DNA of 64,000 bases, taken from Squalus acanthias (taxonomy: Eukaryota). The position numbers and the translations under genes were made by a program. The notes under the pieces are model-generated. The model was given only the letters and a program-made list of their open reading frames with translations, was not told the origin of the DNA and searched no databases. The stretch is from the NCBI GenBank assembly GCA_030390025.1, contig CM059431.1, forward strand, positions 140,804,001 through 140,868,000, written 5' to 3'. This document shows, piece after piece, positions 28,201 to 40,594 of this stretch (the stretch's first letter is position 1; each line of letters starts with the position of its first letter).

Positions 28201-29185
28201 GTCTCTCCTGTATCTCTTGCCCAAAACCTTAAATGTGTATCCCTTAGTCATTGTACCATCAACTAGTGGGAATAGCCTTTCCCCGTTTAGCCTATCCAAA
28301 CGCATTCTAATCGAGTACACCTCTATCAAATCACTCCGCAACTTCTTTTACTCTAATGAAAACAAATTCAGCTTCATCAACCTGTCCTTGTAGATAAGAT
28401 TCCCCAACCCCGGAAGCATTCTGGTAAATCTCCTCTGCATCCACTCAAGGGCCTTCACATCCTTCCTAAAGTTTGGTGACCAGAACTGGACGCAATGCTC
28501 CAGTTGTGGCCTAAACAGCGCTTTATAAAAGTTCAGCATATCTTCCCTACTTTTGTACTCAATACCTCTATTTATGAAGCCCAAGGTCCCATATGCTTTG
28601 TTAACCACTCTCTCAGTATGACCTGCCACCTTCAGGGACCTATGCACATTAACTCCCAGGTCCCTCTCTCCCTGCACACTCTATAAAACTGTGACATTAA
28701 CTGTATTTTGCCTCTACCTGTTCCTTCTGCCAAAATGCATCACCTCACACTTTTCTGCATTAAAGTTCATCTGCCACTTTTCTGCCCATTCTGCAAGCAT
28801 TTCTATATTCTGCTGCAGTCGATTGATATCATCACTGTTTGGTGTCATCGGCAAATTTCGAAATTCTACTATGTATTCCAATATCCAGGTCATTAACATA
28901 TACCAAAAAAAGCAGTGGCCCCAGCACTGACCCTTGGGGAACACGACTGTCTACCATCCTCCAGTCTGAAAAACAGCCATTTACCACAAGTCGCTGTTTT
29001 CTGTCCTTATGCCAATTTATTTTCCAATCTGCCACTGACCCATGTATTACATGAGCATCAATTTTGTTGACCAGCCTTCTATGTGCTAATTTTTTTAACT
29101 CCTTCCAAAATTCCCTTCAGCAATCCTCTCTGTTAGTTCATCAAAAAATGCAATTAGATTAGCCAAACAGGATCTGCCTTTTTAC

Positions 29186-29341
29186 AATAGCAAAATACTG
29201 TGGATGCTAGAAATCCGAAACAACAACAGAAAATGCTGGAAAAACTCAGCAGGCCAGGCAGCATCCGTGGAGAGAGAAACAGAGTTAACGTTTCAGGTCG
29301 AAGACCTTTCGTCAGAACTAGAAAAAAGCAGGAAATGTAAT
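29186..29341 (-). mobile_element. Penelope-type short insertion with a 13-bp target-site duplication and a minimal hammerhead ribozyme
   Basis: TCTGCCTTTTTAC at 29173-29185 and 29342-29354; minus strand contains AGTT-CTGACGA-AAGGTC-TTC-GACCT-GAAA-CGTT-AACT. Confidence 0.85.
29283..29319 (-). ncRNA. Minimal type I hammerhead ribozyme motif
   Basis: CUGANGA and GAAA core, stem II AGGTC/GACCT, palindromic AACGTT stem III, stem I AGTT/AACT. Confidence 0.75.
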
Positions 29342-30854
29342 TCTGCCTTTTTACGAACCCATGTTGGCTCTCCTTAATTAGCTTAAACCTCTACAAATGC
29401 TCTTTAATTTTTTCCTTGATTATTGCTTCTAAAACTTAACCCACCACTGATGTTAAACTGACATGCCTGTAGTTACTAGAATTGTCCTTAAATACTTTCT
29501 TTAACAATGGTGCCACATTTGCCACTTTCCAATCCTCAGGCACCTCCCCCGCATTTAGGGAAGATTATAAAATTATGGCAATCCCTTCCGCTTTCTCCTT
29601 CCCCAATTACCTTAGCCCTGGGATACAAGCCATCTGGACCAGGTGACTTGTCCAATCTAAGCATATTCAGCCTTTCTAGTACATCAATTCTATCAATTTT
29701 CACCCCTTCCATTGCTTCTAACTTTTCCACTTCTGTTGATATTTTGTCAGCATCCACCTCCTTTAGTAAACACGGATACAAAGTACACATTGAGTAATCT
29801 AGACTTGCCCTGCGCCTCTAAGCATATATCACCTTCTTTCTCTAATAGGCCCCACCCCTCCTCTTACTACCCGCTTACTGTTGACATGCAGGTAAAGGAT
29901 TTGGGGGTTTCGTTTTATGTTAACCGCCATTTTACTCTCATATTCTGTATTCGCCAATTGTGTTTTCATCTTCACCTACCCTCTCAACTTATTGTATTTG
30001 GTCTGGTTCTCCCTTGAAGAATTCACCTGACATTCATCATAAACCCTCATTTTTGTTTCATCATCTACTCTATCTCCCTCGTCATCCAATAAACACTTGC
30101 TTTGGTTCCTTTACCCTTCCCGCTTGTTGGAATGTATCCAGCTTGTACTTGGAACATCTCCTCCTTCAAGATCAGCCATTGTTCCGTTACACTTTTTCCT
30201 CTCTGTCTTTGGATACATTTTGCACTGGCTAGATCCTTTCGCATCCCATCGAAGTTAGCCCTATTCCAGTTTAGAAGTTCCACTCTAGCTTGTTCCTTGC
30301 TCCTCTCCATTGCTAATCTAAATCTTATGATACGACGATCACTCTTACACAAGTGTTCTCCCACAGACACTTGGTCGACCTGGCCCACCTCATTCCCCAG
30401 CACCAGATCCAGCAATGCCTCCTTCCTAGTTCGGCCAAGAACATATTGTTCAATAAATTCTCCTGAACACATTTCAGAAATTCCATCCCCTCCTTTCCCT
30501 TTACCCTAGCATTATCCCAATCGATATTTTGGTAATTAAATTCCCCCAATATCCCCACTCTATAGCTCTTGCATATCTCTGCGATTTCCCTGCAGATTTG
30601 CTCCTCGACCTCTCTCTCACTATACGGAGGCCTATAGAATACCCTCATTAGCGTGATCACACCCTTTTTGCTCCTCAACTCTAATCAACTGGATCCTGTC
30701 CTTGTCCCCTCAAGAACATCCTCCCTTTCCAACAGTGCACTGCCTTCCTTAATCAACACTGCCACCCCACCTCCATTTTTTCCTTCTCCATCTTTTCTGA
30801 ACACCTAGTACCCTTGAGTATTAGGTGTCCAGACCTCACCGTTTTTAAGCCTCG

Positions 30855-31790
30855 TTCAATTACACCATGGTGGTCTGTATCTTAACTCCAACTACCCACC
30901 TTGGTTCCGTAACTCTAAAAACCCTTGCATAAGAGAATCTATCAATCTCAGTTTTGAAATTGTCAACTGACCGAACCTCAACAGATTTTTGAGGGCGAGT
31001 GTTCCAGAATTCCACTATTAGTTTTGTGAAGAAGTGCTTTCTAACCTCATCCCTGAACGGCCCAGCTCTGATTTGAGGTTAACCCATTTCTTCTGGTCTC
31101 CTCCAACAGAGGAAATAGTTTGTCTCTTTCTATCCTATCAATTGCTCAGATCATCTTAAACGCCTCAATTAGATCACCCCTTAATCGTGTATACAGAATC
31201 GAATAGAAACGTCGTCTATGCATTCAGTCCTCAAATATAGTGCTATAGTGATAGGGGATTCTATTGTAAGGGGAATAGAAAGGCGTTTCTGCGGCCGCAA
31301 ACAAGACTCCAGGATGGTATGTTGCCTCCCTGGTGCAAGGGTCAAGGATGTCTCAGAGCGGCTGCAGGGCATTCTGGAGGGGGAGGGTGAACAGCCCGTT
31401 GTCGTGGTGCATATAGGTACCAACGACATAGGTAAAAAACGGGATGAGTTGCTGAAAGCTGAATATAGGGAGTTAGGATGTAAATTTAAAAATAAGATCA
31501 CAAAAGGTAGTAATCTCAGGATTGCTGCCAGTGCCACGTGCAAGACAGAGTAGAAATAGAAGGATATTTCAGATGAATACGTAGCTAGAGGAATGGTGCA
31601 AGTGGGAGGGATTCAAATTCCTGGGACATTGGAACCGGTTCTGTGGGAGGTGGGTCCAGTACAACCTGGACAGTTTGCACCTGGGCAGGACCGGGACCGA
31701 TGTCCTAGGAGGAGTGTTTGCTAGTGCTGTTGGGGAGGGTTTAAACTAAAATCGCAGGGGGTTGGGGACCTGTGCAGGGAGACAGAGGTA
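30855..31790. mobile_element. CR1 3' fragment (minus, 30855-31185) and CR1 ORF1 esterase fragment (plus, 31235-31790)
   Basis: VIGDSIVRG...CLPGARVKDV...HIGTND; closely similar to 19728-20230. Confidence 0.88.
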
Positions 31791-32412
31791 AGGGAAGCAC
31801 TCGATGCACCGTTTGGTGTTCAGTACATTTTAATTTAACTGATCAAAGTCGGGACCAGCAGTTCAGACCGAACACACAGTTCAGTTCAGTAAAGAGTTAA
31901 CACAATCCGATTGGCCGATTTTCGCTCTGGGCCGAGCACCTGGAAAATCAGCCTCTGATTGCCTGAGGCCGGACTTAAAGCAGTCTAGTCACAGGATAGG
32001 ACTAACTTCGGAGACAAAACTTGAGCGGATGAATTATATAACCGAGAATGTCAGTTTCAGTCAGTTAGACATGGAGGTGAATGAGGTGGGGGAATGGAGC
32101 AGGGACTTTTGTTTACGTTGGAGAAACGTTCATGTTAATGAGGCGGTCATTGTCAAACTGGATGAACAGAAAATCTGAGAGGAAGCTCCCTTTAGAGAGA
32201 AAGAAATATCAGGAATACTTTAGACGGAAAGCGGTGTGAGGACTCAAGCACCTTTCTCACAAATAGGAGGAAACGAATTACTATTCTTGATATAAAAACT
32301 AACAACTCAAATTACCAACAGGTGGGAGTGTACCGCGAATTTAGCAAATCTCTTTATTTTACTGAATTTCCCTGGAAACAGAGATGAAGGAGAGGCACCA
32401 GTTTTTATACAG

Positions 32413-35130
32413 ATGTGTCAGTGGCGTGTCTGTGTAGTTCTGGGTCAGTGGGGTGATTGTGAACGGCAGGATCAATGGGGTGTCGGTGTGCAGCTGGGTC
32501 AGTTGGGTGTCGGTGTAGGGCTGGGTCAGTTTGGTGTCGGTGTAGGGCTGGGTCAGTGGGGTGTGGGGCTGGGTCAGTGGGGTGTGGGTGTGCGGCTGGG
32601 TCAGTGGGGTTTGGGGCTGGGTCAGTGGGGTGTGCGTGTGGGGCTGGGTCAGTGGGGTGTGGGGCTGGGTCAGTGGGGTGTGAATGTGGGGCTGGGTCAG
32701 TAGGGTTTTGGTGTAGGGCTGGGTCAGTGGGGTGTGGGGCTAGGTCAGTGGGGTGTGGGTGTGGGGCTGGGTCAGTGGGGTGTGGGTGTGGGGCTGGGTC
32801 AGTTGGGTGTGGGTGTGGCGCTGAGTCAGTGGGGTGTCGGTGCAGGGCTGGGTAAGTGGGGTGTCGGTGTAGGACTGTGTCAGTGGGGTGTGGGTGAAGT
32901 ACGGGGTCAGTGGGCTGTCGGTAAAGCTCGGGGTCAGCGGGTTTCCGGTTCAGGTCTGGGTCAGCAGGGTATTGGTGTAGGGCTGGGTCTGTGGGGTGTC
33001 GGTGTGGGGCTGAGTCAGTGGGGGTTCGGTGTAGGGCTGGTTCAGTAGGTAACGGTATGGGGCTGGGTCAGGGGGATGTCGGTCTGTGGCTGGGTCAGTG
33101 GGGTGTCGGTGTGGGGCTGGGTTAGTGGGGTGTGGGTGTGGGGCTGGGTCACTGGGGTGTGGGGTGTGGGGCTTGGTCAGTGGGGTATGGTTGTGGGGCT
33201 GGGTCCGTAGGGTGTCGGTGTGGGGCTGGTTCCGTGGGGTGTCGGTGTGGGGCTTGGTCAGTAGGGTGTCGGTGTGGGGCTGGTTCAGTGGGGTGTTGGT
33301 TTGGTGCTGGGTCAGTGGGGTGTGAGTGTGGGGCTTGGTCAGTAGGGTGTCGTTGTGGGACTGGGTCAGCGGGGTGTTGGTTTGGGGCTGGGTCAGTGTG
33401 GTGTCGGTTTGGGGCTGGGTCAGTGGGGTGTGGGTGTGGGGCTGGGTCAGTGGGGTGTGGGTGTGGGGCTGGGTCAATGGGGTGTGGGTGCGGGGCTGTG
33501 TCAGTGGAGTGTCGGTGTGGGGCTTGGTAAGTGGGGTGTGGGTGTGGGACTTGGTCAGTGCTGTGTCGGTGTAGAGCTGGGTCAGTGGGGTGTGGGTGTA
33601 ACGCAGGGTCAATGGTCTGTCCGTGTGGGGCTGTGTCAGTAGTGTGTGGGGTTGGGTTAGTGGTGTGTGGGGCTGGGTCAGTGGGGTGTGGGGCTGGGTC
33701 ATTGGGGTGTGGGGCTGGGTCAGTGGGGTGTGGGGTTGGGTCAGTGGGGTGTGGGGCTGGGTCAGTAGGGCGTGGGGCTGGGTCAGTGGGGTTTGCATCT
33801 GGGTCAGTGGGGTGTGGGGCTTGGTCAGTGGGGTGTGGGGCTGGGTCAGTTGGATTTGGGTCTGGGTCAGTGGGGTGTGGGGCTGGGTCAGTGAGGTGCC
33901 GGGCTGGGTCAGTGGGGTGTGGGGCTGGGTCAGTGAGAGGCTGGTCTGGGTGAGTGGGGTGTGGGGCTGGATCAGTGGAGTGTGGTGCTGGTTCACTGGT
34001 TTGTGGGGCTGTGTCACTGAGGTGCGGGGCTGGGTCAGTGGGATTTCGGGCTGGGTCACTGAGGTGCGGGGCTGGATCAGTGCGGATTGGTGCTGGGTCA
34101 CTGGGGTGCGGGGCTGAGTCAGTGTGGTGTGGTGCTGGGTCAGTGGTTTGTGGGGCTGGGTCAGTGGGGTCTGGGGTGGGTCAGTGGGATTTGGGGCTGG
34201 GTCACTGAGGTGCTGTGCTGGGTCAGTGCGGAGTGGTGCTGGGTCACTGGGGTGCGGGGCTGGATCAGTGGGGAGTGGAGCTGGGTCAGTGGGTTCTGGT
34301 GCTTGGTCAGTGGGTTGTGGGGCTGGGTCACTGGGGTGCGGGGCTGGTTCAGTGTGGTTTTGGACTGAGTCTGTGTGTTTTCAAATTCCGGCTGTATCAG
34401 TGGGTTGTCAGTGTGGAGCTGAGTCAGTGGATTATCATTGTTGGTCTGGGTCAGTGTATTTAGGTATGTAACCGGGCCAGTTGAATATCGCTGCAGGACT
34501 GGCATAATGGCATTCCGCTGTACCCCTTGTTCAGTTTCATTTCGGAGTTGGTGTTTCGGTCTGTGGCTGTGTCTCTTCGTTAACCTGTATGGCTGGGTGA
34601 GTCAGCTTGTCGCTGTAGGGCTGCTATAGAGGCTGATCTCGATGTAGTTTGTTTCAGTGGCGTGTTTGTGTATGGCTGAGTCAGTGAGATATCGGTGTAG
34701 TGTTGGCTCAGTGACGTGTCAGTTTATGGCTGGATAGAACCTGTCGGTGTAAGTTTGGTGCAGCAAACTCTCGGAGATGAGCAATTCCACTGGTTGACGG
34801 TGTAGTGCTGATCAGTGGGATTTCAAATTAGTGCCGGTTCAATGGGGTGTCGGTGTAGGGCTGCCTCAGTGGGGTGTCGGTGTTGGGGTGGGTCAGTCGG
34901 GTGTGGTGTGGGGCTGGGTCAGTGGGTTGTCGGTGTGGGTCTGGGTCAGTGGGCTGTCGGTCTGGGGCTGGGTCAGTGGGCTGTCGGTGTAGAGCTGGGG
35001 CAGTGGGGTGTCGGTGTAGGGCTGGGTCAGTGGGGTGTGGGTGTGGGGCTGGGTCAGTGGGCTGTCGGTGTAGGGCTGGGTCAGTGGGGTGTGGTTGTGG
35101 GGCTCGGTCGGTGGGTTGTCGGTGTAGAGG
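32413..35130. repeat. G-rich 21/27-bp minisatellite, GGGGCTGGGTCAGTGGGGTGT(GGGTGT)
   Basis: Mainly 27-bp units at 32413-33640 and 34850-35130, 21-bp units at 33640-34370, decayed units at 34370-34850. Confidence 0.97.
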
Positions 35131-38100
35131 TGCTCAGAACCGACCGACGACAGTGTGACGAGAGAGCCGAGTCGGGGGAGACGGTCAGAGTAAATCCGGG
35201 ATCTTGCAGACGCCGCACCGGTCAAAATAGAACTGGACACAAGTCGAACTGAAGATGCCGTGCACCAGTTAGACGTCACGCAGGCCCAAAAGTGTATTAG
35301 AGAATTTCGAGAAGAAGCCATGTGACAGACAGAAAAGTCAGACAGGGATTGGGGCCTCGAGGGCTCTATAACGGGTTATCTGGCGGTTAAGAATAAGAAA
35401 CAAGTTGAGAAAATGAGGAAAGAAGGCTGGGACCCGGACGGATGCCCGGAAGTCCAAGAAGTCTGGTGGGTTGCACAAAAGAAGGACAAGGAAGGGATAG
35501 CCGTAGTAATACTCACCAATCTGTATTTAGGACTATGCAGATGAGTAAAACATCGGCTCCACAAAACCCAAGAAAGGACAGAAAAGGTTGTCGCCACCAA
35601 ACGATAGCAGTGAGGATGACGAAGACATTGACTGGAATAACTTTGCGGTGGAAAGGGAGGACAGGGTCCTTGGCAAAAGGGACAAGGGAACTCAGGAGCC
35701 AACACGGGACTAACTGAACAACCGCTCTGGGAACTGGTGATCGAGCTGACTCAGAAATAGGTAGCGGCGGCCCCCACGGAAACCAGTAAAGAACTTGACC
35801 CCCGCCTATTTATAGAAGCAAATCTGGGGGCCACCAGTGTCAGATATTAATAGATAGGGGGGCATCGGTCTCAATTACGGATTCAGACCTCCCTACCACC
35901 TCAAAATCGATTTTGGTGACTGGGGTGGGGGGAAGTAACATGAAAGCTCAAGAATACTGAAGGTACTATCCTAGGGATGGACCTATTAAGGGAATTAGGG
36001 ACCATTATAGACTCAAAAGTAGGGAGGATCATCTTGCAAACCCCTGAACCTACTAAGAAAAAGGGAGGCACAGTGGCCGCCTTAACGGCCAGTACTGAAG
36101 ACCCTTGGGAACAGCATGGACCCTGTGGAATCTTGTGTCAACAAGTTAGTGGGGTATGGGCAAAACATAAACAGAGGAGTGGGAGTCTTTCCGAAAGGAA
36201 ATAGAGAGTGTACAACGGCAACATGTAAAGGTCAAGGGTGGGACCAACAAGCCCAGGGAACCCTGGATGTCAAGGGATATACGAGAATGGATTAGGATAA
36301 AAAGGGAGGCTAATGGCAGATACAAAGGACTAAAAACAATGGAAGCCCTAGAGGAGTATAGAAAGTGCAGGGGGGTACTTAAAAAAAGAAATTAGGAGAG
36401 CGAAGAGGGGCCATGAAATAACACTGGGGGGCAAAATAAAGGAACATCCCAAGTTGTTTTATAAGTATATTAAGGGCAAGAGGATAACCAGGGAAAGCGT
36501 GAGGAACCAAAGTGTCAATCTGTGTGTAGAGCCAGAAGATGTAGGTGAGGTTATAAATGAATATTTTGCATCTGTGTTCACATATGCAAAAGGACGATTT
36601 AGGCATAGAAATCCGGCAGGGGGATTGTTATATACCTGAACAAATTAGTATTGAGAGGGAGGAGGTACGAGCGGTTTTAGCGGGCTTAAAAGTGGATAAA
36701 ACACCAGGCCTAGACGAGATATATCCCAGGCAGCTGTTTGAGGTAAGGGAGGAGATTGCAGGGGCTCTGACACAAATTTTCAGAACCTCTCTGGCCACAG
36801 GGGAGGTGCCAGAGGACTGGAGAACAGCTAACGTAGTAGCATTATTCAAGAAGGGAATTACAGGCCAGTGAGCCTACCATCAGTGGTAGGGAAATTATTG
36901 GAAAAAATCTGAGGGACAGAATTAGACTCCACTTGGAGAGGCAAGGATTAATCAAGGATAGTCAGCATGGCTTTGTCAGGGGGAGATCATGCCTGACCAA
37001 TTTGATTATTTTTTTCGAGAGGTTGATTCGGTGTGTGGATCAGGGAAGTGCAGTTGATGTAGTCTACATGGACTTCATTAAGGCTTTTGAAAAAGTCCCG
37101 CATGGGAGACTGCTCAAGAAGGTACGAGCCCATGGGATCCAGGGCAACTTGGCACATTGGATCCAAAATTGGATTAGTGGCAGGAGGCAGAGTGTAATGG
37201 TCGAAAGTTGTTTTTGTGAGTGGAAGCCTATGTTCAGTGATGTACCGCAGGGATCGGTGCTGGGTCCTTTGCTGTTTGTAGTGTACATTAATGATTTAGA
37301 TATGAATGTAGGAGGTATGATCAGTAAGTTCGCGGATGACACGAAAATTGGTGGGTGGTAAATAGCGAGGATGGAAGCCTCAGGCTACAGGACGATATAG
37401 ACGGGTTGGATAGATGGGCAGAACAGTGGCAAATGGAATTTAACCCTGAAAAGGGTGAGGTGATGCATTTTGGGGAGGACTAACAAGGCAAGGGAATACT
37501 CAATGAATGGTAGGGCCCTAGGAAGGACAGAGGATCAGAGGGACCTTGGTGTGCATGTACATAGATCCCTGAAGGCAGCAGGATAGGTAGATAAGGTGGT
37601 TAATAACGCATGTGGGATACTTGCCTTCATTAGCCGAGGCATAGAATATAAGAGCAGGGAGGTTATGATGGAGCTGTACAAAACGCTAGTTAGGCCACAG
37701 CTGGAATACTGTGTGCAGTTCTGGTCGCCATACTATAGGAAGGATGTGATTGCATTGGAGAGGGTGCAGAGGAGATTCAGCAGGATGATACCTGGGCTGC
37801 AGCGCTTCAGCTATGAAGAGAGACTGGACAGGCTGGGGTTGTTTTCCTTAGAGCAGAGAAGGCTGAGTCGGGACCTGATTGAGGTGTACACAATTATGAG
37901 GGCCGTAGATAGGGTAGATAGAAAGGAACGTTTCCCCTTAGTAGTGGTTCAATAACCAGGGGGCATAGCTTCAAGGTAAGTGGCAGGAGGTTTAGTGGGG
38001 ATTTGATGAAATACTTTTTCACCCAGAGGGTGGTTGGAACCTGGAACTCACTGCCTGAAAGGGTGGTAGAGGCAGGAACCCTCACAACATTCAAGCAGCA

Positions 38101-39766
38101 TTTAGATGAGCACTTGAAACGCCATAGCATACAAGGCTACGGACCAAGTGCTGGAAAATGGGATTAGAATAGACAGGGCTTGATGGACGGCGCGGACACG
38201 ATGAGCCGAAGGATCTCATTCTGTGCTGTATAACTCTATGACTATGACTCTATGACTCTAGGACTGTGGGAAGGAGGTAATGGAACACCTCCATGTCCTT
38301 GCACCAGAGCACATACCGCGAAAACTATACCCTATAAAAAGGGAAGCACAGGAAGCGATGGTTAGAATAATGAAAGAATTTGAAGAACGATGAGTAGTGA
38401 GAGAAATCCAATCCTCCACGAATTCACCGGTGTGGCCGGCAGGGTAGCTGGACGGCTCATACCGTTTAACTATAGATTACACCGCCTTGAATGAGGTGAC
38501 ACCAAGAGAATACCCCATAGTAGCTAGTCCTGCAACGATTTCTAACGGATTGTCATCTGAACATTGCATCTTTACAGTGTTGGACATAGCTATTGGTTTT
38601 AGATCCATTCAATTGGCACCGGAGTCACAAAATAAGTTTGCCGTTATGGTAGGACAAAAACAATATACGTGGAACCGATGGACACAAAGATTCCACAAAA
38701 GCCCGGCTATATTCCACCAAGTAATGAAACAAGTACTATAAAGAGTCCAGTTGGATGACGGGAGTACTGTCATCCAATATGTAGACGACCTACTCATAGC
38801 CTCCAAAACAGAGAATGGTCATGTGCAAGCCCTACTGACCATGCTACAAGCCTTAGACGATGCAGGACTGAAGGCAAGTCCGAGGAAAGCCCCAGTAGGG
38901 CAAAGTGAGGTCCAGTATCTGTGGTATAACATCACCCAGGGGCAGCGCAGCATGCCTGAAGACCGTAAAAGGGAAATTGAGGGAATGCCAAGACCAATAG
39001 CTGTTAGGGGGATAAGGCAGGTTATTGGGTTGTTTAATTATAGCAGGAATTTTGTGGAAGGATTCGCCGAAAAGGCAGAACCTATCCAGAGACGAGTTAA
39101 GGGGGGCGGGGGGGTTGGGGGGTCATCCACCGGGCGCTCCAGTAGAACGGGGAGAGGAGCAAAATAAGGCTTATTGTGATATAAAACGGGCTTTAGTACA
39201 GGCCCCGGCAATAGGACTCCCTTCTATGGGAAAGCTGTTCAATCTGTTTGTACATAATGAGTGTGGCTATTATAGTGCAGTACTAGCCCAGGAACATGGG
39301 GATACGATGCGACCTGTCGCATACATTTCCACCAAAGAATCACCAGTGGCGAAAAGACTATCCCGATGTATTGCGGCCATAGACTGCGCCACATGGGCAG
39401 TTAAGGTTAGCGAACCAATAGTGATGACAGGAGAAATTAAATTGCACACCAGACACACCATAGTAGAGTTCCTAAACACTGGGAAACTGAGAACCGTCGC
39501 AGACAGCAGACGAGCAGCATGGGAAGCCATCTTGTTACCTCGGGATAAATCGATTTTGATCGTGAAAGACAGTAGGGTTAACCCAGCTGAATGGTATGTT
39601 AACAGATGGAGAGGAGCACAACTGTGTGACAAACGGAATTCTACAGTTTACTGAAGGAGAAAGAATTAGAGGTGGCAGAAATTACGTTGTTTGTCGATGG
39701 GTCTAGACGATATGTGGACGGGAGTCCACATAACGGATGGGCAACCGTAAACGGAGAAGGAAAATT
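35131..39766 (+). mobile_element. Decayed endogenous retrovirus: leader, internally deleted gag, protease, RT, tether and start of RNase H; split by a CR1
   Basis: ATG TGA CAG ACA GAA AAG TCA at 35320 (decayed MGQTEKS myristoylation start); protease ILIDRGAS...ILGMDLL; WAKHKQ|DCG joined across the CR1; NSPVWP, YRLTIDY, QYVDDLL (38778-38789), GLFNYSRNF, RPVAY tether, LFVDGS RNase H at ~39685. Confidence 0.9.
36175..38260 (+). mobile_element. 5'-truncated CR1 LINE inserted in the ERV pol gene
   Basis: [22 protein letters not shown]; (ACTCTATG)n tail; ERV frame resumes at 38262. Confidence 0.95.
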
Positions 39767-40480
39767 GGGCCAGAAATTCGGCTCTCCAGCTTCCCGCGGG
39801 TGCAAGAATCGTGCGCGTACTTACACACCGCGCCTGCCGTTGTGCTGTGTGCCCGCATGGAATTCGGCTGCTGGTCCTGCACCGGCTGCCGACGTGCAGT
39901 GCTTGCGTATCCCAGGGGCGCAGTTAGTTCAAAGCGTTCCCCTGGGATCACCTGGGTAGACCTGTCAAATCTATGAATAGAGATCGCCCTCAAAACCTCA
40001 CTAAAATTTAAAAAAAATCAAAAAGAAACATTACATTTTTAAAATAAAAATAAATTAAATAAATTAACTGCTTTAAACAAAAATTTCAATAAAAAAAAAA
40101 TTAATTACACTTTTTAACGGTGCTAAAAATAAATTTACCTTTCTTCAAAGTATGTAAAAACGATAAACCTGTTGAAAAAATATTGAAATTGTACTTAATT
40201 CGCCACTTACCTTGTTAAAAGCAGTCCTTGCACATCCTTTTTCCCGCGCAGGTTCTCTGTACTTACCCTCACGTAGAAACCTGAAGAAAAAAAACGAAGA
40301 ACGAGGTCTACGCGCTGCCTCTCCGGCGCACGCGTTGGACCTCTGAACCCCTTCCTTCAGGAGAATGGAAGTTCCGGTTTCCAGCGCATGCGCAGTGCAT
40401 GCGCAAAACCGGCACTTTCGTTGGGTTTTCGGGTGAGTACCCAGCGCGTACTCACCCGTGGAAACCTGAATTTCTGGCCC
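39767..40480. mobile_element. Non-autonomous DNA transposon (PIF/Harbinger-like MITE)
   Basis: Terminal inverted repeats GGGCCAGAAATTC...GAATTTCTGGCCC, ATT on both flanks, AT-rich core, no transposase. Confidence 0.75.
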
Positions 40481-40594
40481 ATTGAAAACAGACTTACACA
40501 TTACAGAGCATCTGATATAAAATGTATTTTTGAAAAGTGATAACAGTCCATGCATCGTGACTATAAATCTCCCAATGTTACTAATAAAGCAGTC

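Larger units (their letters stand above)
28215..30850 (-). mobile_element. Degraded CR1 LINE ORF2
   Basis: Minus-strand [39 protein letters not shown] peptides with many frameshifts. Confidence 0.92.

Noticed and set aside
32950..34101. 383-aa TQPHTPL-repeat ORF and overlapping Cys/Gly-rich keratin-associated-like ORFs
   Set aside because: Several frames on both strands are equally open because units are 21/27 bp; stops are scattered and no unique coding flank exists.
32413..35130. Immunoglobulin switch region
   Set aside because: G-rich and repetitive but poor in AGCT motifs, and no Ig exons are nearby.
35125..35150. tRNA primer-binding site for the ERV
   Set aside because: GGTGCTCAGAAC lacks the TGG start and does not match a tRNA 3' end I can recognise; no LTR is visible upstream.
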